Of a stretch of 64,000 nt of DNA, positions 62,127 through 64,000 are shown piece after piece. Below the pieces are notes generated by a model. It saw nothing but the letters and a program-made list of their open reading frames with translations. It ran no database searches and was not told the origin of the DNA. This DNA is from Leucoraja ocellata. Lineage: Eukaryota. The position numbers were made by a program, and so were the translations under genes. The stretch covers positions 1,426,001 to 1,490,000 of the forward strand of contig JAWMAR010000039.1 of NCBI GenBank assembly GCA_036785375.1, in the 5' to 3' direction. Each line of letters starts with the position of its first letter. Position 1 is the stretch's first letter.

Positions 62127-62980
62127 TTATGTGCAAAGCTGTTTTTTAAATGGACTGACATAAATGCAGCATTTTCTATTGGACGCGGGCTCAGCATGTA
62201 GAAGGCGATTGCCAAGGAATTGCACAGACAGTTCCGTGTGTTCCCACTGGAGGGCGTGTGCATTTGTGTCGACCAGGGTCGGCTAAAGTACAATTTTATT
62301 TAAAAAAAAAACCCCAAATTGTAAGAAGATGCAGGGTCTCTTAAAATGTTTAACGACACTATGTGCAGTCCATTGAAATACATTTAAGGTGGGGTGGGCG
62401 GTGATAAGTCAGATGGGCCCAATTTGCTTATTGTGTGGTTCAATGTTTTAGCAGTGATTAGCTCTGGATGTTGATGGCTAGAAATGTGGCCAACTTTGCC
62501 AACTATTGTTACATAGGTGTGAAGTAATCGGCAGTGTTTATTTGATTATGAGCTCCGTTTGTGTTGGTGTTTATTTGCGGGGGCTCTAATTGAGTAAAAA
62601 CAAGGCCAGGCTGTGATTACACATTAGTACTGGAGCACGCCCATAATTTCTAGATCTGGTTGGAAAGTCTTTATTGTGCCTTGTTGTGTTTAGTCACTGA
62701 GCCATGTTTCGCAAATTGTCTTCAACAAATGGAACAACGAGTAATGTGTGTTCTGCCACTTAGAGTATCAGTAACACTCGAATTCCCCATTATAGTGGAA
62801 GAAATAAGTAGCAATTGTAGTGAGAAATGGGGGGGATAAAGAGAGAGAGAGAAAGAGAGAGATGAAATTTATTTCACTACTTATGCAAAGCATTCAATAG
62901 ACAAAATGATTATCTGGTTCCTATCTTTCTATCCCATTCAGCCCAACATTAAATTATCTCGCCAGTTCATCAGGCATAGG

Positions 62981-63018
62981 CAAAGATCCTATAGCAGAGC
63001 TCTGCTATAAGATCTTTG
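62981..63018. mobile_element. 38-bp TIR-only micro-transposon inserted in a CR1 tail
   Basis: CAAAGATCCTATAGCAGAG|CTCTGCTATAAGATCTTTG; TSD G(G/T)CATAGG at 62973-62980 / 63019-63026. Confidence 0.8.
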
Positions 63019-63125
63019 GTCATAGGAGCAGAATTAGGCCATTCGGCCCATTGAGTCTACTCCGCCATTCAATCGTGGCTGATTTATATTTCCCTCCTAA
63101 CCCCCTTCTCCTGTCTTCTCCTCGT
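63019..63125 (-). mobile_element. CR1 3'-end fragment
   Basis: cataggagcagaattaggccattcggcccattgagtctactccgccattcaatcgtggctgat. Confidence 0.8.
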
Positions 63126-64000
63126 AGCTAGTGAGAGTCATTTAAAATTCTTGGCATAATTTACAATTTCCAAGCATCGTGACTCTTGGCATTTTGCCGA
63201 CTAAATGCTGTTTTTTAAAAAAGAACAAGAAAATAAAACAAGAAAAGGTGTTCCAAAGGGTGAAGATCAGAAGGTTAGTGTGACGTGGTTAATAGAGATC
63301 AGCTGTTGGACGAGGTTTGGCATGTTTACTGTGGTTGGGAATGGCTGGTTGTTCAGTATTCAGGTTCAGACCCTGTTATTGAAAAGTGACTCTTGGGAGC
63401 GACGAGAAGCCGAGCTTAAATTTACGACGCAGCGTTAAAAATTAGTCAAGAATGGGGAGCTTTGAATGAACTTCACTGCTTTCAGACCAAAAGATTGATG
63501 GTGTCCTTCCTTCCTTCCTTCCTTCCTGTGGAAAAGGTGCTGCAATTTAAATGTTAAAACGCACACGCGATCTTTGGTTAATTTATTAATAAATTCAGCG
63601 TTGGCAACATATTGTGGCAGAAAACAACAACTTGCATTGATAAAGTGCTTGGAATGTGCAAAGAAAAATGTCCCAGGCACTTCACAGCGATGTGGGGAAA
63701 ACAGATGTAGAAGCAAAGAGTGAGTGTAACAGATCGGCTGGAGAGAGGTTGGAGAAGTGGGGAGGGTCAGTGGGTTTAGGAAGAGGTTTACACTGTTCCC
63801 AGTGGTGGGCTGAAGGGAGGTGCAGCAGGAAAGCATGGGGAGATTTGGTGAGAGAGGTTGCAGATACTGAGCCAGGGAACGGGGTTGTAACAATCGAAAG
63901 AGAAAAAAATAGATTTAAATTTTAAGAGTCATGCAGCATGGAAATGGGGCCCTTCAGCCCAACATGTTCATACTGACCAAGATGCCCCCATCTATGATGG

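Noticed and set aside
62243-62256. CCACTGGAGGGCGT resembling a CTCF site
   Set aside because: Mismatch at a key core position; not distinguishable from chance

Overview
Repeat-rich, largely non-coding vertebrate DNA. The repeat repertoire (CR1/HER1-type LINE 3' ends, HE1-type tRNA SINEs, Rex1/Babar-type LINEs, abundant Penelope-derived units) points to a cartilaginous fish, probably a skate or ray (inference). I cannot recognise any host protein-coding gene. The only recognisable ORFs are retroelement remnants. There is a CpG island with a probable first exon at about 60.55-60.95 kb (+) and a weaker candidate at about 42.55-42.95 kb (-). Main observations: (1) a TSD-flanked 161-bp minus-strand retroposon (9290-9450) whose first 54 nt fold into a complete, minimal, CPEB3-like HDV ribozyme, followed by a structured body and an (AAG)n tail; (2) an 18S rRNA-CR1 chimeric retrocopy (33004-33363) whose 5' end lies next to the RT-blocking m1acp3-pseudouridine site; (3) many Penelope-derived units carrying minimal hammerhead cores, often as TSD-flanked palindromes; (4) two 33-38 bp TIR-only micro-transposons with 8-bp TSDs, plus Harbinger and hAT MITEs. 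Family names come from recalled sequence similarity, not database searches. Boundaries of degraded repeats are approximate.
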